Of a stretch of 64,000 nt of DNA, positions 63,297 to 64,000 are shown piece after piece. Position numbers and translations under genes: made by a program. The notes under the pieces are model-generated. The model was not told the DNA's origin. It did not search any database and worked only from the letters and a program-made list of their open reading frames with translations. The DNA is from Alphaproteobacteria bacterium. GTDB taxonomy: Bacteria; Pseudomonadota; Alphaproteobacteria; RF32; CAG-239. The stretch is from assembly GCA_017475705.1 (NCBI GenBank), contig JAFVFB010000008.1, forward strand, positions 17,483-81,482, in the 5' to 3' direction. Position 1 is the stretch's first letter. Every line of letters starts with the position of its first letter.

Positions 63297-64000
63297 ATGA
63301 AAAAAACAGTTGTTGCGTTAGTCTATGATTTTGATGAAACACTCTCTACAACCTATATGCAAGATTATGTTCTTATTCCAGAATTAGGAATGACACCAAA
63401 AACATTTTGGAAAAAAGCCAATACATGGTCAATTGAAAATTGTGCTGACCAAATTACAGGTAGTATGTATTATTTTATGAAAACAGCGAAAGAAAAAGGA
63501 ATACGCTTAACCAGAGAAAATTTTGCCTATTGTGGAACACTCGTCCAATATTATAAAGGGGTGGAAGAATGGTTTGCACGCATCAATGAATATGGTAAAA
63601 AATTAGGTTTAGAAATTGAACATTACATCATTTCATCAGGTTATGAAGAAATTTTATGCGGAACAACAATATGCAAGTTTGTAACCGGCATGTATGGGTG
63701 TGCTTATGCTTTTGGTGAAGATGGAACCCCAGTATGGCCAGCGCGTGTCATTAACTATTCAACCAAGGTGCAATATATCTCCAAAATTAATAAAGGCTTA
63801 GGAAAACTTGATGATAAGCTGGTAAATGAATATATGGAAGACGATAAACGGCGTGTTCCTTTCTCCAGGATAATTTATTTTGGCGATGGGATGACTGATA
63901 TTCCTTCTATGAAATTTGTCAAAAGCCGTGGGGGAAATGCGATTGCAGTCTATAAACCTAAAAGCATCCACAAAGAAAAAGCCATCAAATTATTAAAAGA
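63297..64000 (+). CDS. HAD-superfamily hydrolase (partial; 3' end beyond window)
   Basis: My translation reads MKKTVVALVYDFDETLSTTY.. (DxDxT motif), ..ISSGYEEIL.., ..YFGDGMTDIPSM... Not in the ORF track because it is open at the window end. Confidence 0.7.
   Translation, partial: MKKTVVALVYDFDETLSTTYMQDYVLIPELGMTPKTFWKKANTWSIENCADQITGSMYYFMKTAKEKGIRLTRENFAYCGTLVQYYKGVEEWFARINEYGKKLGLEIEHYIISSGYEEILCGTTICKFVTGMYGCAYAFGEDGTPVWPARVINYSTKVQYISKINKGLGKLDDKLVNEYMEDDKRRVPFSRIIYFGDGMTDIPSMKFVKSRGGNAIAVYKPKSIHKEKAIKLLK

Overview
This is a low-GC chromosomal segment (mid/upper-30s % by eye, not computed) from a Gram-negative bacterium. It is probably a host-associated or anaerobic alphaproteobacterium. 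That inference rests on yfgM-like/bamB/der synteny, alphaproteobacterial-looking L13/S9, and the presence of HydE, NagA/NagB/AnmK, and ankyrin, TPR, MIF and TspO proteins.

About 70% of the window is ordinary housekeeping:
- DNA repair and nucleotide metabolism: mutY (partial), thyX, apt, ogt, radC.
- Envelope and core metabolism: cspA, an MsbA-like ABC exporter, der, bamB, tkt, glyA, rpiB, map.
- Translation: rplM-rpsI, rpmI-rplT-pheS-pheT, aspS, alaS, glyQS, rnd, mnmA, tadA.
- Amino-sugar and murein recycling: nagB-nagA, anmK.
- Four tRNAs: Gln-CUG, Cys-GCA, Asn-GUU, Thr-UGU.

I found no rRNA, CRISPR array, transposase or integrase.

The accessory content worth a second look is:
1. A 689-aa protein with a T4-lysozyme-like catalytic motif, an array of near-identical 60-bp (20-aa) repeats and a basic tail. 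A second lysozyme-like orphan lies next to the murein-recycling genes.
2. Four or five dispersed 'moron-like' single-gene cassettes. Each has a consensus sigma70-type promoter, a leader without a Shine-Dalgarno sequence, a GC-enriched short ORF and a strong intrinsic terminator. Their composition and translation signals differ from the host genes around them. One sits beside the lysozyme-like gene, and one encodes a degenerate PRTase-like protein.
3. Decayed copies of the tRNA-Thr 3' end flanking a peptidase-E-like gene, which looks like an island remnant.
4. An LtaS/OpgB-family gene interrupted by a single in-frame TAG.
5. A close bacterial homologue of eukaryotic MIF.
6. A TPR protein followed by two translationally coupled GT-C-like membrane paralogues and a divergent NagB paralogue.
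7. Several large K/E/Q-rich orphan proteins and a secreted ankyrin protein.

All functional calls come from reading the translations by eye. No database search was run.
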